Origin: Gammaproteobacteria bacterium
GTDB taxonomy: Bacteria > Pseudomonadota > Gammaproteobacteria > CAJXQU01
Assembly: GCA_965238175.1 (NCBI GenBank)
Contig: CBDEGZ010000003.1
Coordinates: 1,120,001 to 1,184,000, forward strand
Length of the DNA: 64,000 nucleotides
Direction of reading: 5' to 3'
The stretch's first letter is position 1, and every line of letters begins with the position of its first letter. Under the pieces are notes generated by a model, which saw only the letters and a list, made by a program, of their open reading frames with translations, ran no database searches and had not been told where the DNA came from. Positions 1 through 11,756 of this stretch are shown here, one piece after another. A program made the position numbers and the translations under genes.

Positions 1-1
1 T

Positions 2-685
2 ACCCTTGCAGGCACTTTACTTTCAGAACTTAACCCCGATGAGATCGTCGCCGGCCAATTGGTTTCTACTAGTGTTGGTCCAGCAGGTATTTTAGGTTTG
101 GTTTGTAATGTGTTTGGCTTACCTTATAGCGAAAAAACGTCCAAACCAATGTTACTGAAAATGATCCAGAAATTTTTGCTCGCCTGTCATGATAGTAATC
201 GAAGAGTGTTGCTTATTGTCGATGAAGCTCAGAATTTACCGATAAAAACCATTGAAGAATTAAGAATGTTGTCAAATTTTATGGTCGATAATGCGCCATT
301 ATTACAGACATTCCTGCTTGGGCAAGCCGAATTTAGAGAGACTGTTTCTGGGCCAGGAATGGAACAATTGCGGCAACGTGTGATTGCTTCATACCATTTA
401 AAACCGCTTGCAGAGGGGGAAGTTTACGAATACGTTTATCATCGTTTGAAGCATGCTGGTTTTACTGGTTATGAAATTTTCACAAAAGATGCTTGCTTGG
501 AAATTTATAAACATACCAGTGGAATTCCAAGAAAGATCAATGTGTTATGCGATCGCGTGATGTTGTTAGGTAGTTTGGAAGAAAATCATATTCTTGATGT
601 CGGGATGGTTTTAGCCGTTGTTAATGAACTTGCCGAAGAACCAACAGCATTTCAGAATACAACTGTCATACACAGTAACCTCTAA
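2..685 (+). CDS. ExeA/GspA-like AAA ATPase (resembles XrtA/PEP-CTERM system-associated ATPase), 5'-truncated by the window edge
   Basis: Frame is open from base 2; Walker B LLIVDEAQ, LGQAEF, LRQRVIASYHL and GIPRKINVLCDR motifs. Confidence 0.75.
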   Translation, partial: TLAGTLLSELNPDEIVAGQLVSTSVGPAGILGLVCNVFGLPYSEKTSKPMLLKMIQKFLLACHDSNRRVLLIVDEAQNLPIKTIEELRMLSNFMVDNAPLLQTFLLGQAEFRETVSGPGMEQLRQRVIASYHLKPLAEGEVYEYVYHRLKHAGFTGYEIFTKDACLEIYKHTSGIPRKINVLCDRVMLLGSLEENHILDVGMVLAVVNELAEEPTAFQNTTVIHSNL

Positions 686-725
686 GCTTTCTGAATGAGT
701 ACATTTTAAGATCTGAATCTACTTT

Positions 726-2129
726 TTAATTCGTCGAACTAAACCAGTTTAACTTTCCACTCAGTTTCACGACGTTACCAATAATAATCAGTGTTGGTGG
801 TTGTATCGTTTTATTTTCAATGAGGTAAGGCATAGTTTCTAGTGTACCAATTAAGGTTTTTTGATCCGCTGTTGTACCTTGTTCGATCAATGCTATGGGC
901 ATTTTTTGATCCATTCCGTGTGAGATGAGTTCCTCACAAACCTTTCGTAAACCTATCAAGCCCATATAAATTACGATGGTTTGGTTCTGATGTGTAAGAG
1001 AATCCCAGTTCAGGTCAACACTTCCATCCTTAAGGTGTCCCGTGACGAAGATACAAGACTGTGCGTAATCTCGGTGTGTTAATGGAATGCCTGCGTAACT
1101 GGCACATCCTGACGCAGCAGTGATGCCAGGAACAACTTGGAAGGAAATGCCTTCATCAGAAAGCGTTTCAATTTCTTCACCGCCACGGCCAAAAATAAAG
1201 GGATCACCTCCCTTTAACCGAATGACGTGCTTGCCTTCTTTTGCAAGGCGAACAAGCAACTCATTAATGTTTTCTTGTGGTAATGTATGTAGGTCTCGTT
1301 TTTTCCCTACATAAATCCGTTCAGCATCTTTTCTAACTAGGTCCACAATTTGATCAGAAACAAGCCGATCAAAAAGTACGACATCAGCTTGTTGCATCAA
1401 CCGCAATGCTCTGAAAGTAAGCAGATCAGGATCTCCAGGACCGCAGCCGATTAAGGCAACATTGCCGGTTTCGACTAAAAACTGATCTGATTTTTCAATG
1501 AGATTTTCCAACTGATGTTGAGCTGCTTTTTCCTGACCAGAAAAGAGTAGTTCAGCAATTGAACTCTGTAAGATATGTTCCCAGAAATTTCGGCGTTGTT
1601 TAAGATCAGGGAATTTCTGTTTTACCTGATCACGATATTGGCCCATCAGAGACGCCAATTTTCCATAAGAAGAAGGGATCAACGTTTCCAGTTTTGCACG
1701 CAACAGACGTGCAAGTACTGGGGAATTACCACACGTGGAGATGGCGATTTGTACAGGCAATCGCTCAATAATGGAGGGCATGATAAACGTGCACAGATCT
1801 GGATCGTCGACGACATTAACCGGAATATTGCGTTTCTGAGCTAGAGTTGAAATGGATTTATTCAATTCTCTATCGTTGGTAGCTGCAATGACTAAGTGAC
1901 ATGTGTCAAGGTTTGACTCCGAAAATGCAGAGCCCTTATGCAGTACCTTGCCGACTTTTACCAGTGTCGATATTTCTTCACATACGTCTGGTGAAATCAC
2001 AATAATTGTCGTTTCAGTCTTTAACAAAGCACGTATTTTTCTTAGCGCTATCTCGCCACCACCTACGACTAAACAGGTTTGATCTTTTAGTTTCAGAAAA
2101 ACAGCTAAGTTTGGGGTAAACATCACCAT
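726..2129 (-). CDS. cysG: Siroheme synthase (precorrin-2 dehydrogenase/ferrochelatase plus uroporphyrinogen-III methyltransferase)
   Basis: N-terminal VVGGGEIALRK; C-terminal GCGPGDPDLLT and RLKGGDPFIFGRGGEE. Confidence 0.95.
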   Translation of the reverse strand: MVMFTPNLAVFLKLKDQTCLVVGGGEIALRKIRALLKTETTIIVISPDVCEEISTLVKVGKVLHKGSAFSESNLDTCHLVIAATNDRELNKSISTLAQKRNIPVNVVDDPDLCTFIMPSIIERLPVQIAISTCGNSPVLARLLRAKLETLIPSSYGKLASLMGQYRDQVKQKFPDLKQRRNFWEHILQSSIAELLFSGQEKAAQHQLENLIEKSDQFLVETGNVALIGCGPGDPDLLTFRALRLMQQADVVLFDRLVSDQIVDLVRKDAERIYVGKKRDLHTLPQENINELLVRLAKEGKHVIRLKGGDPFIFGRGGEEIETLSDEGISFQVVPGITAASGCASYAGIPLTHRDYAQSCIFVTGHLKDGSVDLNWDSLTHQNQTIVIYMGLIGLRKVCEELISHGMDQKMPIALIEQGTTADQKTLIGTLETMPYLIENKTIQPPTLIIIGNVVKLSGKLNWFSSTN

Positions 2130-2171
2130 ATTATAACCATTTTGATGCTTATAAATGTGTACCTATCTTTC

Positions 2172-2198
2172 TAAAGTTTCACTTAGACACACCGATAT
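2172..2198 (+). promoter_or_regulatory. sigma28 (FliA)-type promoter upstream of the stator genes
   Basis: TAAAGTTT-N11-ACCGATAT versus consensus TAAAGTTT-N11-GCCGATAA, about 50 bp before the motA/pomA start. Confidence 0.75.
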
Positions 2199-2248
2199 AT
2201 TGTGTAGTCAATTTCAAAATGTAGTGCTTAAATAAAGAGGAAGTTACA

Positions 2249-3007
2249 GTGGATTTAGCAACACTCGTCGGTTTTATTGTCGCAGTAGGTATCATTATGG
2301 CAGCCATGATAATGGGTGGCGGTATTGGTCCATTTATTGACATTCCTTCGCTATTGGTTGTGGTGGGAGGGACTGTTGGTGCAGTAATGATGAACTTTAC
2401 ACTGGGACAATTTCTGGGTGCGGTTAAAGTTGCTCTTAAGGCACTCATGTTCAAAATTGATTCCCCAGAAAATCTGATCGATATGGTTGTTGAAATGGCG
2501 AATGAGGCACGGACGGGTGGTTTGCTTGCATTGGAAGGCAAAGAAACCGAGAACGCTTTTTTATCAAAAGGTATCCAACTTATGGTCGATGGCCATGAGC
2601 CAGCTGTTGTTAAAGAGACATTAAAAGCAGAAATGAGCCAGGCTGAAGCAAGACATGAATCCGGCATACTCATCTTTACTACTATCGGGAATATGGCACC
2701 GGCGATGGGCATGATTGGAACACTTGTAGGGCTAGTGTTGATGTTAGGTAACATGAGTGATCCTGCTTCGATAGGACCTTCTATGGCGGTTGCATTGTTA
2801 ACAACACTTTATGGTGCTTTGATAGCGAATGTGTTTGCCATACCAACGGCGGGGAAACTATCGTTACGCAAAGCTGAGGAAGTAATGATCCAATCAATGA
2901 TTATCGATGCCGTGTCGGGAATTCAAGAAGGACGAAATCCACGTGTAATAGAAGAATTACTCAGAACCTACCAACATGGTTCAAAACGTCCGGCTGATGA
3001 AGGCTAA
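2249..3007 (+). CDS. pomA: Flagellar stator subunit PomA/MotA
   Basis: MDLATLVG start, APAMGMIGTLVGLV and IGPSMAVALLTTLYGA motifs. Confidence 0.9.
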   Translation: MDLATLVGFIVAVGIIMAAMIMGGGIGPFIDIPSLLVVVGGTVGAVMMNFTLGQFLGAVKVALKALMFKIDSPENLIDMVVEMANEARTGGLLALEGKETENAFLSKGIQLMVDGHEPAVVKETLKAEMSQAEARHESGILIFTTIGNMAPAMGMIGTLVGLVLMLGNMSDPASIGPSMAVALLTTLYGALIANVFAIPTAGKLSLRKAEEVMIQSMIIDAVSGIQEGRNPRVIEELLRTYQHGSKRPADEG

Positions 3008-3045
3008 TAAAAGTAATACCGACTAAGCAAATTAGGGATAAATAA

Positions 3046-3990
3046 GTGGAAGAAGAAGACGAGGTCAAATGTGACTGTCCCGCAGGAATACCTGCATGGG
3101 TAATGACATTTGCAGATTTAATGTCATTGCTAATGTGCTTTTTTGTGCTCTTATTGTCTTTTGCTGAAATGGATATTCAAAAATTCAAGCAAGTAAAGGG
3201 TTCCCTAAATGAAGCATTTGGAGTTCAAAGGCAAGTGTCGGCCAGTGAAATTCCTAAAGGAACCAGTTTGATCGCAGATGAGTTTAGTTCAGCGGCACCA
3301 CAGTCTACATTGATTAACGAAGTACGTCAGGTCACCACAGATGATACAAAACAAACATTAGAATTCACTGATGCTTTAGAGAAATCTTCAGGAGAAGGTG
3401 AAAAACAACAAAAAGAAGCTGAGGTTAGTGAAGAGACGGCAAAAGATAGTTTGAAGCTTCAAACAGCACTTTCTGAAGAGATCGATAAAGGTCTGGTTGA
3501 AATTGAGACACAGCCAGGTGCAATTATTATTCGGATCAGTGAAAAAGCATCGTTTCCTTCTGGTGCCGCCAAAATAAGGAATAGTTTTATTCCCGTTTTA
3601 GAGAAACTACGTCAGGCTCTCTCGGAGGTTAATGGCAAGGTAAAGGTTGCAGGCCATACGGATAATCGACCCATTAAAACTGCAAGGTTTAGATCAAACT
3701 GGGAGTTATCGGCCTCACGAGCAGTGTCAGTGGTACATGAATTGCTTGCAGAAAAGATAATTCCACGCGAACGTTTTATTGTTGAGGGTCATGGAGATGC
3801 TCACCCTATCGTTGACAATGATTCAAATGAAAGCCGGGCAAAAAATAGACGTGTTGAACTCACAATTGTTCAAAATAATGATGCAAATGTGCAACAACAG
3901 ATAAATGTGACAGGATCTGAGGATGAGACAGACCAAGAAGTAGAGCCGTTGTCAGAGCCTGACCCATTAGATGAGCTAACAACAAGTTAA
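3046..3990 (+). CDS. pomB: Flagellar stator subunit PomB/MotB
   Basis: WVMTFADLMSLLMCFFVLL TM segment with the conserved Asp; OmpA-like GHTDN...NWELSASRA...NRRVE. Confidence 0.9.
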   Translation: MEEEDEVKCDCPAGIPAWVMTFADLMSLLMCFFVLLLSFAEMDIQKFKQVKGSLNEAFGVQRQVSASEIPKGTSLIADEFSSAAPQSTLINEVRQVTTDDTKQTLEFTDALEKSSGEGEKQQKEAEVSEETAKDSLKLQTALSEEIDKGLVEIETQPGAIIIRISEKASFPSGAAKIRNSFIPVLEKLRQALSEVNGKVKVAGHTDNRPIKTARFRSNWELSASRAVSVVHELLAEKIIPRERFIVEGHGDAHPIVDNDSNESRAKNRRVELTIVQNNDANVQQQINVTGSEDETDQEVEPLSEPDPLDELTTS

Positions 3991-4004
3991 GGATTATATA
4001 CAAT

Positions 4005-4643
4005 ATGGAAGAAAGAAGAAGGTTTTATCGAATTGATGACAGCGTAGTTCTGAATTATCGTGCGTTTCCCGAGGATCAGATTGGCGAGGAAGTTTCACGG
4101 CTGAAATTATTGGGTTCACAACATCAATCGTTGCAGACATCGCTAGGGGGGCTTGAATTAAGATTAGATTTCTTACTTGAAGAAATCTCAGAGCCGCTGC
4201 CTGAAATTGCAGAAGCGCTTAAAATTATTAATCGTAAAATAAGCATACTTAGTCATTTAGACAATGCAAATGCTGAGACTGCGTTAGGTTTGCTTCCAGA
4301 TAAATCTTCTGTAGAACCTCAAGCAGTTAATCTAAGTGGTAGTGGTCTTGCGTTCTTTTCTCCTACAAATTTTTCTAATGGAGAAACAATGGAAATCCAA
4401 TTCATTTTACTCCCTGAATATTATGACATTAAGGCAATTGGCCGCGTTGTTAGTAGTCGTGAATCAGGCAGTGATGAACCAGAGAGAAAATTCGAAGTTG
4501 CTGTAGATTTCATATATTTAAATGAAAAAGATCAAGAATTTATCGTTTCTCACATACTACGTAAGCAAGGCGAAGAACTAAAGGAACAAAGAGAGCTTGA
4601 AAAAGTTGAAGTACCTAGTCAGGAAATGGAAATACACAGCTAG
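4005..4643 (+). CDS. PilZ-domain c-di-GMP-binding protein
   Basis: ERRRFYR (RxxxR) and NLSGSG motifs; follows the stator genes. Confidence 0.8.
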   Translation: MEERRRFYRIDDSVVLNYRAFPEDQIGEEVSRLKLLGSQHQSLQTSLGGLELRLDFLLEEISEPLPEIAEALKIINRKISILSHLDNANAETALGLLPDKSSVEPQAVNLSGSGLAFFSPTNFSNGETMEIQFILLPEYYDIKAIGRVVSSRESGSDEPERKFEVAVDFIYLNEKDQEFIVSHILRKQGEELKEQRELEKVEVPSQEMEIHS

Positions 4644-4671
4644 TTTTTGATACTACAGAAATAGTAAGAAA

Positions 4672-4708
4672 CTTTTTCAGGAGTGAACAAGCGTCCACTC
4701 CTGAAAAG
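4672..4708. terminator. Probable bidirectional intrinsic terminator
   Basis: TTTTCAGGAGTG...CACTCCTGAAAA inverted repeat between convergent genes. Confidence 0.65.
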
Positions 4709-4720
4709 TCTTGTGTGAGA

Positions 4721-5191
4721 TTAGCCTTCACCATCTGTTGTTGCAGCTTCTTTAACCTCATCGACCATTTTTCCAGCCCCATCCGCCATGTTAGAGGCAG
4801 CTTCTTTCGTCGCATCCATAGCGTCAGAAGCCATTCCCTTCGTCGCATCCATAGCGTCAGAAGCCATTCCCTTCGTCGCATCCATGGTGTCAGAAGCCAT
4901 TTCCTTTGTCGCATCCATGGTGTCAGAAGCCATTCCCTTCGTCGCATCCATGGTGTCAGAAGCCATTTCCTTTGTCGCATCCATGGTGTCAGAAGCCATT
5001 TCCTTTGTCGCATCCATGGTGTCAGAAGCCATTTCCTTTGTCGCATCCATGGTGTCAGAAGCCATTTCCTTTGTCGCATCCATGGTGTCAGAAGCCATTT
5101 CCTTTGTGCTGTTTGCTGCTTCTTTGGCCTTTTCACAACCTGTGATCATTAATGCTGAAGTGAATGTTAATAAAACTAATAATTTTTTCAT
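4721..5191 (-). CDS. Lipoprotein with 11-aa tandem repeats (LEA-like)
   Basis: Signal peptide and lipobox MKKLLVLLTFTSALMITGC; strong RBS (GGGAGA) upstream; repeats TK(E/G)MASD(T/A)MDA. Confidence 0.8.
   Translation of the reverse strand: MKKLLVLLTFTSALMITGCEKAKEAANSTKEMASDTMDATKEMASDTMDATKEMASDTMDATKEMASDTMDATKEMASDTMDATKGMASDTMDATKEMASDTMDATKGMASDAMDATKGMASDAMDATKEAASNMADGAGKMVDEVKEAATTDGEG
4811..5107 (-). repeat. 33-bp coding tandem repeat, 9 near-identical units followed by degenerate ones
   Basis: Unit on + strand approximately GTCGCATCCATGGTGTCAGAAGCCATTTCCTTT. Confidence 0.95.
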
Positions 5192-5253
5192 GATTCTCCC
5201 CCTATAAGAGATTATACTAAATTAAAGGCGGTAAATAATTTACCGACCTGAGA

Positions 5254-5820
5254 TTACAATTTCGGAACAGTTACACCTGTTTGTCCTTGATATTTTCCAT
5301 TTCTGTCCTTGTATGACGTTTCGCAAATTTCATCTGCTCCGAGAAACAAAACCTGCGCAACACCTTCATTAGCGTAGATTTTAGCTGGGAGAGGTGTCGT
5401 ATTGGAAAATTCCAGTGTCACATGTCCCTCCCACTCAGGTTCTAGCGGCGTAACATTGACGATGATACCACAACGAGCATAAGTTGATTTTCCAAGGCAA
5501 ATAGTCAAAACATCTCGTGGAATACGGAAATATTCAACGGTGCGGGCCAGGGCAAAAGAATTCGGTGGAATAATGCAAACGTCGGACTTGATATCGACAA
5601 AGCTATTGGGGTCGAACTCTTTTGGGTCGACGACGGCTGAATTGATATTGGTAAAAATTTTAAATTCATCAGAACAACGAATATCGTATCCATAGCTTGA
5701 TGTTCCATAAGAAATAGCACGACCGTTAGTGCCTTCACGGATCTGATCCGTTTCGAATGGCTCGATCATGTTTTGTTCTTTAACCATACGGCGGATCCAT
5801 GTGTCGGATTTAATACTCAT
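5254..5820 (-). CDS. dcd: dCTP deaminase
   Basis: [35 protein letters not shown] motifs. Confidence 0.95.
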   Translation of the reverse strand: MSIKSDTWIRRMVKEQNMIEPFETDQIREGTNGRAISYGTSSYGYDIRCSDEFKIFTNINSAVVDPKEFDPNSFVDIKSDVCIIPPNSFALARTVEYFRIPRDVLTICLGKSTYARCGIIVNVTPLEPEWEGHVTLEFSNTTPLPAKIYANEGVAQVLFLGADEICETSYKDRNGKYQGQTGVTVPKL

Positions 5821-5862
5821 TATTATTAACTCTTTGTAATTATTTGTTCTTAAAATTATTGA

Positions 5863-6954
5863 TCATGACTCAATGACAATTTTAGGCATTTTCGCGGTGA
5901 AATCCCGAGGTTTTTGCGAGATAGAAACGGCAACCTGTCTAGCGATTTCCGTGAATGTTGCCGTGACGGGAGATGCTGGATCAGAAGCAACCGTTGGTTT
6001 TGCGTTGTCGACACCTTCTCGAATTTCGATAGCAAGCGGAATTTGGCCTAATAATCGAATACCGTACCGATCCGCCATGGTTTCACCACCACCACTGCCG
6101 AAAATCGCTTCTTCATGACCGCAGTTTGAGCAAACATGTGTACTCATATTTTCGATCACACCAAGGACATTAACAGATACTTTTTCAAACATTTTCAATG
6201 CTTTATTCGCATCGATCAATGAAATATCCTGCGGTGTTGTAACAATAACTGCGCCAGTGACAGGAATATTCTGACAAAGCGTGAGTTGAATATCACCGGT
6301 GCCCGGCGGAAGATCAATAACCAAATAATCCAGATCATCCCAATTTGTTTCTTTTAGCAATTGTTGCAGCGCAGAGGTTGCCATTGGCCCACGCCAGATA
6401 ACCGGAGTATCATCACCATCTGTCATATTGCCCATAGAGACAGATTGAAGTCCAAGCGACTCCATAGGCTCCATGGTTTTGCCATCTTGGGAAGTGATTT
6501 TTCCATCAGCGCCAAGCATGGTCGGCAGACTAGGGCCATAAATATCCGCGTCCATCATACCAACGCGTGCGCCTTCTGCTTTGAGTGCAAGTGCAAGGTT
6601 CACGGCCATGGTCGATTTGCCGACACCGCCTTTTCCTGAGCCTACTGCGATAACATTTTTAACGCCTCTCAATGCTTCAACATTTTTCTGGACGGCGTGC
6701 GAGCGAATATTTGATTTGATGTTGACGAGAACATCGATTGCCGGAGCCTGATACTTAATTTTAGAATATATCTCTTCAGAAATGGCGTGTTTCATCCCTT
6801 CAATCGGAATGCCTAACTCCAGCTCAACCTTGATCAAACTTTCATTGATTGAAATATCTTTTACCATGCCAGCCGAAACAGGATCCGTTTCAAAATAGGG
6901 TAGGATATAGTCAGCCAGTACCGATCTAATCAGTTGTTCCGAAATTTTCGACAT
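5863..6954 (-). CDS. apbC: Fe-S cluster carrier ATPase ApbC/Mrp
   Basis: SGKGGVGKST, DADIYGPS, DLPPGTGD and CxxC motifs; divergent from metG. Confidence 0.93.
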   Translation of the reverse strand: MSKISEQLIRSVLADYILPYFETDPVSAGMVKDISINESLIKVELELGIPIEGMKHAISEEIYSKIKYQAPAIDVLVNIKSNIRSHAVQKNVEALRGVKNVIAVGSGKGGVGKSTMAVNLALALKAEGARVGMMDADIYGPSLPTMLGADGKITSQDGKTMEPMESLGLQSVSMGNMTDGDDTPVIWRGPMATSALQQLLKETNWDDLDYLVIDLPPGTGDIQLTLCQNIPVTGAVIVTTPQDISLIDANKALKMFEKVSVNVLGVIENMSTHVCSNCGHEEAIFGSGGGETMADRYGIRLLGQIPLAIEIREGVDNAKPTVASDPASPVTATFTEIARQVAVSISQKPRDFTAKMPKIVIES

Positions 6955-7061
6955 CTTTGTTAGTTTATCCTATAAATAAAGCATCGTATTCTACACCACA
7001 ACCTTCAAGGAAACGTCATGCCGTGGTACCTTAGGCACAAATTTATCGGCTATAAAAAATA

Positions 7062-9092
7062 ATGACAAAACAACAACGAAAAATTCTTGTAACCAGTGCT
7101 TTGCCCTATGCGAATGGACCAATCCATCTTGGCCACCTGGTGGAATATATTCAGACAGATATTTGGGCGAGATATCAGAAAATGTGTGGCCATGATTGTT
7201 ACTACGTTTGTGCCGATGATGCACATGGGACGCCGATCATGCTCCGCGCGCAGCAGGATGGAATTACGCCGGAACAATTGATCGAAAAAATAAGCGAACA
7301 ACATCAGCGTGATTTCGCTGATTTCTCGGTTGGTTTTGATAATTATTACACTACCCATTCAGCAGAAAACAAAGAACTTGCTGAAACGATCTATTTGAAA
7401 CTACGTGAAGCCGGACATATTGATCGGCGAGTTATCAGTCAGGCTTACGATTCTGTAAAGGAAATGTTCTTACCTGATCGATTTATCCGAGGTGAATGCC
7501 CAAAATGTAATGCGACAGATCAATATGGCGATAACTGTGAAGTCTGTGGTTCAACTTATGATCCGACAGAATTAAAAAATCCGCTGTCCGTCGTCAGTGG
7601 TACAACACCGATCGAAAAAGAATCCGAACATTTCTTTTTCAAGTTGACCGATTTTGAAGCCATGTTGAAAGGTTGGATGAAGGCCGGGCATCTACAAACT
7701 GAAGTCGCTAACAAGCTCGAAGAATGGTTTGAGATTGGTTTGAATGATTGGGATATCTCACGCGACAAACCTTATTTTGGTTTTGAGATCCCCGATGCTC
7801 CGGGTAAATATTTCTATGTTTGGCTAGATGCACCGATGGGTTATTTCTCCAGCTTCAAAAATCTCTGCGATAAATCAGACATCGATTTTGATGAATACCT
7901 TGGAAAAGACAGCGCTGCTGAGCTTTACCATTTTATTGGTAAAGACATCATACGTTTCCACGGGCTTTTCTGGCCGGCGGTTTTATCAGGAGCAGGATAC
8001 CGTACACCAACAGCGATTTTTGCACATGGATTTTTAACCGTTAACGGACAGAAAATGTCTAAATCTCGTGGCACGTTCATTATGGCACGAACCTATCTTG
8101 ATCATCTTAACCCAGAATATTTACGTTATTATTTCGCAGGAAAATTAGGTAGTGGTATTGATGATCTTGATCTGAACATGGAAGACTTTCAGCTTCGAGT
8201 AAATTCAGATCTGGTTGGTAAGGTCGTAAACATTGCCAGTCGATGTGCCGGATTTATTACGAAACGATTTGATGGAAAACTCGGATCAGAAATAGAAAAT
8301 TCCGAACTGATCAAAAAGATTACAGATGCGTCTGACAGTATAGGGCAAGCTTATGAAAGCCGTGAGTATTCGCGGGCGATGCGAGAGATAATGAGTTTGG
8401 CCGATCAAGTTAACCAATATATTGATGATCGAAAACCATGGGTAGTTGCGAAACAAGAAGGCGCCGATAAAGAACTACAGGCAATTTGTACCACAGGAAT
8501 AAACTGCTTTTGTTTATTAATAAATTATTTAAAACCGGTCTTACCCGAGATGGCTGAAAGAACAGAGGATTTCCTTAATATCGAGCCAATGATATGGGCG
8601 AGTATTGATCAAATTTTACTTGATCATGAGATCAATAAATTTAAACCTTTAATGACGCGTGTCGAAGAAAAAGCGGTGAGCGCAATGATCGAAGATAGTA
8701 AACAAACCATGGAAAGTTCTCAGCCGCAAAAGGCTAAGTCTGAAGCCTTAATGAAAGATCCAATTTCTAGTGAAATCAGTTTTGATGATTTTGCCAAAGT
8801 CGATTTGCGTATTGCAAAAATTGTCAAGGCTGATCATGTTGAAGGTGCCGATAAACTATTACAACTTACATTAGATATTGGTGAAGAACGTAACGTTTTT
8901 GCTGGCATAAAATCGGCCTATAATCCTGAAGAATTAGAAGGAAAACTCACAGTAATGGTCGCTAATTTAGCGCCACGAAAAATGCGCTTTGGCCTTTCTG
9001 AGGGCATGGTTTTGGCCGCAGGGGCGGGCGGAAAAGATCTATTTATTCTTAATCCTGACGAAGGCGCACAGCCAGGAATGCGAGTAAAATGA
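7062..9092 (+). CDS. metG: Methionine--tRNA ligase
   Basis: HLGH and KMSKS motifs, zinc knuckle, C-terminal tRNA-binding domain. Confidence 0.97.
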   Translation: MTKQQRKILVTSALPYANGPIHLGHLVEYIQTDIWARYQKMCGHDCYYVCADDAHGTPIMLRAQQDGITPEQLIEKISEQHQRDFADFSVGFDNYYTTHSAENKELAETIYLKLREAGHIDRRVISQAYDSVKEMFLPDRFIRGECPKCNATDQYGDNCEVCGSTYDPTELKNPLSVVSGTTPIEKESEHFFFKLTDFEAMLKGWMKAGHLQTEVANKLEEWFEIGLNDWDISRDKPYFGFEIPDAPGKYFYVWLDAPMGYFSSFKNLCDKSDIDFDEYLGKDSAAELYHFIGKDIIRFHGLFWPAVLSGAGYRTPTAIFAHGFLTVNGQKMSKSRGTFIMARTYLDHLNPEYLRYYFAGKLGSGIDDLDLNMEDFQLRVNSDLVGKVVNIASRCAGFITKRFDGKLGSEIENSELIKKITDASDSIGQAYESREYSRAMREIMSLADQVNQYIDDRKPWVVAKQEGADKELQAICTTGINCFCLLINYLKPVLPEMAERTEDFLNIEPMIWASIDQILLDHEINKFKPLMTRVEEKAVSAMIEDSKQTMESSQPQKAKSEALMKDPISSEISFDDFAKVDLRIAKIVKADHVEGADKLLQLTLDIGEERNVFAGIKSAYNPEELEGKLTVMVANLAPRKMRFGLSEGMVLAAGAGGKDLFILNPDEGAQPGMRVK

Positions 9093-9679
9093 TTGTGGAA
9101 GTAGAGCAAAGCTCTGGGATCATTTTCCTCAGCGCTGTTCTTGCTAACAATTTAGTACTCGAGTCACAGCTAGCACTTTGTCCACTTTTTGCGGCTTCTC
9201 GTCGTATCGATGTGGCAACGGGAATGGCTGTTGTCAGCATTGTGGTGATGACGATAATGTCACTGATCAGTTTTGTTATTCACCAGTACGTTTTGCAACC
9301 GTTTGAACTGACATATCTGTCATTAATAATTAATGTCTTAATGCTCGTTGTTTTCTTACAAGCCATTCAAACATTAGTCCAAAATAAATATCCTGACATA
9401 GATAAAAAGTATGGTGTTTTGCTGCCGCTGCTACTTTTTAACTGCTCAGTGTTGGCGGTTACTTTATTAACGTTGAAATCAGCCGATACCATTGGTATGG
9501 CTTTCATTTTCAGTTTGGGTTGTTCGGTAGGTTTTGGGTTGGTGTTGATCATCTTTGCAGGGTTGAGAGAAAGAATAGAGCTGATCGAAACCGAACAATC
9601 ATTTCCAGGTGCGTTTAAAGGTGTGCCGATAATTTTGATCACTTTGGGTATTTTATCGATGGCTTTTTACGGTTTCTAA
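9089..9679 (+). CDS. rnfA: Rnf/Rsx electron transport subunit A
   Basis: NNLVL...[20 protein letters not shown] and [16 protein letters not shown] motifs. Confidence 0.85.
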   Translation: MIVEVEQSSGIIFLSAVLANNLVLESQLALCPLFAASRRIDVATGMAVVSIVVMTIMSLISFVIHQYVLQPFELTYLSLIINVLMLVVFLQAIQTLVQNKYPDIDKKYGVLLPLLLFNCSVLAVTLLTLKSADTIGMAFIFSLGCSVGFGLVLIIFAGLRERIELIETEQSFPGAFKGVPIILITLGILSMAFYGF

Positions 9680-10263
9680 TGTTGAATTTTATACTTGCTG
9701 GATCTGTAATTGCGGTTGTTGCAGGTTTCATTTTAAGGATCAATATTTCTCAAGCCGATGAGAGACAAGATAAACTTGCAGATCAAGTTCACTCAGATCG
9801 AAACGCATCAAGTTTAGTAAACAATATTGATCAAATATTGCCGCAAACCCAATGTGGCGAGTGCAGTTATGAAGGTTGCCGTCCCTATGCTGAAGCAATT
9901 GGTAGCGGCGAAGCCAACATCAATCTTTGCCCGCCTGGTGGTGATGCAACAATTGATCGATTAGCAAAAATGCTAGGTCGAGATGTCATTCCACTTAACC
10001 CTGAATACGGTCTTCATCGTCCTTACCGAGTTGCGGTTGTGATTGAAGATGAATGTATTGGCTGTACAAAGTGTATTCAAGCCTGCCCTGTTGATGCGAT
10101 ATTAGGTGCGGCAAAACAAATGCACACCGTCATTGCAGAACATTGTACTGGTTGTGAGTTATGTATCCCGCCATGTCCTGTTGATTGTATCGAAATGAAA
10201 TTACCTAAAACAAAGACTGTCTTAAGATCTGCTCATAAACTGGATCATGAACACGCTGCATAA
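9679..10263 (+). CDS. rnfB: Rnf/Rsx subunit B (ferredoxin-like)
   Basis: [14 protein letters not shown] and two CxxCxxCxxxCP motifs. Confidence 0.9.
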   Translation: MLNFILAGSVIAVVAGFILRINISQADERQDKLADQVHSDRNASSLVNNIDQILPQTQCGECSYEGCRPYAEAIGSGEANINLCPPGGDATIDRLAKMLGRDVIPLNPEYGLHRPYRVAVVIEDECIGCTKCIQACPVDAILGAAKQMHTVIAEHCTGCELCIPPCPVDCIEMKLPKTKTVLRSAHKLDHEHAA

Positions 10264-11731
10264 ATTTCCCGGCGGATTAGTTCTTGAGGGAAATAAAAAA
10301 CCAAGTTGTGATCTCGAAATTTTACCAGCGATCATTCCTGATCGCCTGGTTTTTCCTTTGATGCAACACGTGGGCACACCCGCAGAACCTGTTGTTCAGA
10401 TTGGAGCTCACGTCTTAAAAGGTCAGCTGATCGCTAAACCAACCTCCTACGTTAGTTGCCCCATCCATGTTTCAAGTTCAGGCACAGTTGTTGATATTGG
10501 CCCACGTTTTTCTGCGAATGAAATGGTTCAATCTATTACGATTAAAACCGATGGTGAAGACCGTTGGGGAGAAAAGATGCAGCCGATGGATTATTTGAAA
10601 TCAACGGCTGAGGACCTTGAACTGCGAATAACAGATGCGGGTATTATCGGTATGGGTGGGGCCGGGTTTCCATCGCATGTAAAAGTGATCGAAGGCAGTG
10701 ATGAAAGTGTCGAAACATTGATCATCAATGGCGTGGAATGTGAACCATATATTACTTGCGATGATCGGCTTATCCGGGAACGTACGCAGGAAATAATTTC
10801 TGGTACAAAAATCCTGCAAAAAATAACTGGTACGAAATCCTGTTTCATTGCGGTCGAAGAAGATATGCCAGAAGCTTATGAGGCATTGTTCGAAGTGGCA
10901 GAAGATGATCAAAATATCGTCAAGGTCCCTGCAATATATCCTGCAGGTGGTGAGAAACAATTGATCCAGACACTGACCGGTAAACGTGTCCCTTCACATG
11001 GTTTACCAATTCACGCAGGAGTCTTAGTTCAGAATGTTGCAACGGTCGCTGCGATTCATCGTGCGGTCATAAAAGGAGAACCACTTATTTCGAGAATTGT
11101 GACTGTGGCAGGTTCAGAAGTCAGATCACAAAATTGTGATGTACTGAGTGGAACCCCCGTCAATGAGTTATTAAAATCTTTTCAAGATGAAGTCCAGAAA
11201 GATAAAAATAAAGATCAAAAAATAATTTTCGGTGGATCAATGATGGGAAAATTGATTGTCTCGGATCAGGCACCTATTCTCAAAAAAACCAGCTGCGTGT
11301 TGGTGCAAACAAAACAAATAAAACAACAGGAAACTGCCTGCATACGCTGTGGCGATTGTATCGATGTTTGTCCAGAACAGTTACAGCCGCAAATGTTATT
11401 TTCATTAGCGAAGAACTCTGATCTTGATGCCTTAAAAGAGAATCGGCTTTTTGATTGTATTGAATGCGGATGTTGTGACAAGGTTTGTCCCAGTCATATT
11501 CCACTGGTAGAAATTTACCAAAAAGCGAAAGCGGCGATCAATAATAATGATGAAGAAAATAAACGATCAGAAAAAAGTAGAATAAGATATCTACAACGAA
11601 ATGAACGAATTAGTCGGGCAAATGAAACAAAGAATGAAAAGGAAAAGATATCTGCAAGTTTGAAAAAAGAAAAAATTCAAGATGAAATATTAGCTGCAAT
11701 TGAGCGATCAAAAGCAAAACGAAATAATTAA
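10247..11731 (+). CDS. rnfC: Rnf/Rsx subunit C
   Basis: [30 protein letters not shown] and two 4Fe-4S motifs. Confidence 0.9.
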   Translation: MNTLHKFPGGLVLEGNKKPSCDLEILPAIIPDRLVFPLMQHVGTPAEPVVQIGAHVLKGQLIAKPTSYVSCPIHVSSSGTVVDIGPRFSANEMVQSITIKTDGEDRWGEKMQPMDYLKSTAEDLELRITDAGIIGMGGAGFPSHVKVIEGSDESVETLIINGVECEPYITCDDRLIRERTQEIISGTKILQKITGTKSCFIAVEEDMPEAYEALFEVAEDDQNIVKVPAIYPAGGEKQLIQTLTGKRVPSHGLPIHAGVLVQNVATVAAIHRAVIKGEPLISRIVTVAGSEVRSQNCDVLSGTPVNELLKSFQDEVQKDKNKDQKIIFGGSMMGKLIVSDQAPILKKTSCVLVQTKQIKQQETACIRCGDCIDVCPEQLQPQMLFSLAKNSDLDALKENRLFDCIECGCCDKVCPSHIPLVEIYQKAKAAINNNDEENKRSEKSRIRYLQRNERISRANETKNEKEKISASLKKEKIQDEILAAIERSKAKRNN

Positions 11732-11756
11732 ATTCCGTACCTTAAATTATTTTTAG

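Noticed and set aside
4811-5107. CRISPR array
   Set aside because: Units are contiguous 33-bp coding repeats without unique spacers, and there are no cas genes.
4615-5207. Alternative-frame ORFs over the tandem repeat, and other short ORFs antisense to long genes
   Set aside because: Shadow frames; only 4721-5191 has an RBS and a lipoprotein signal.
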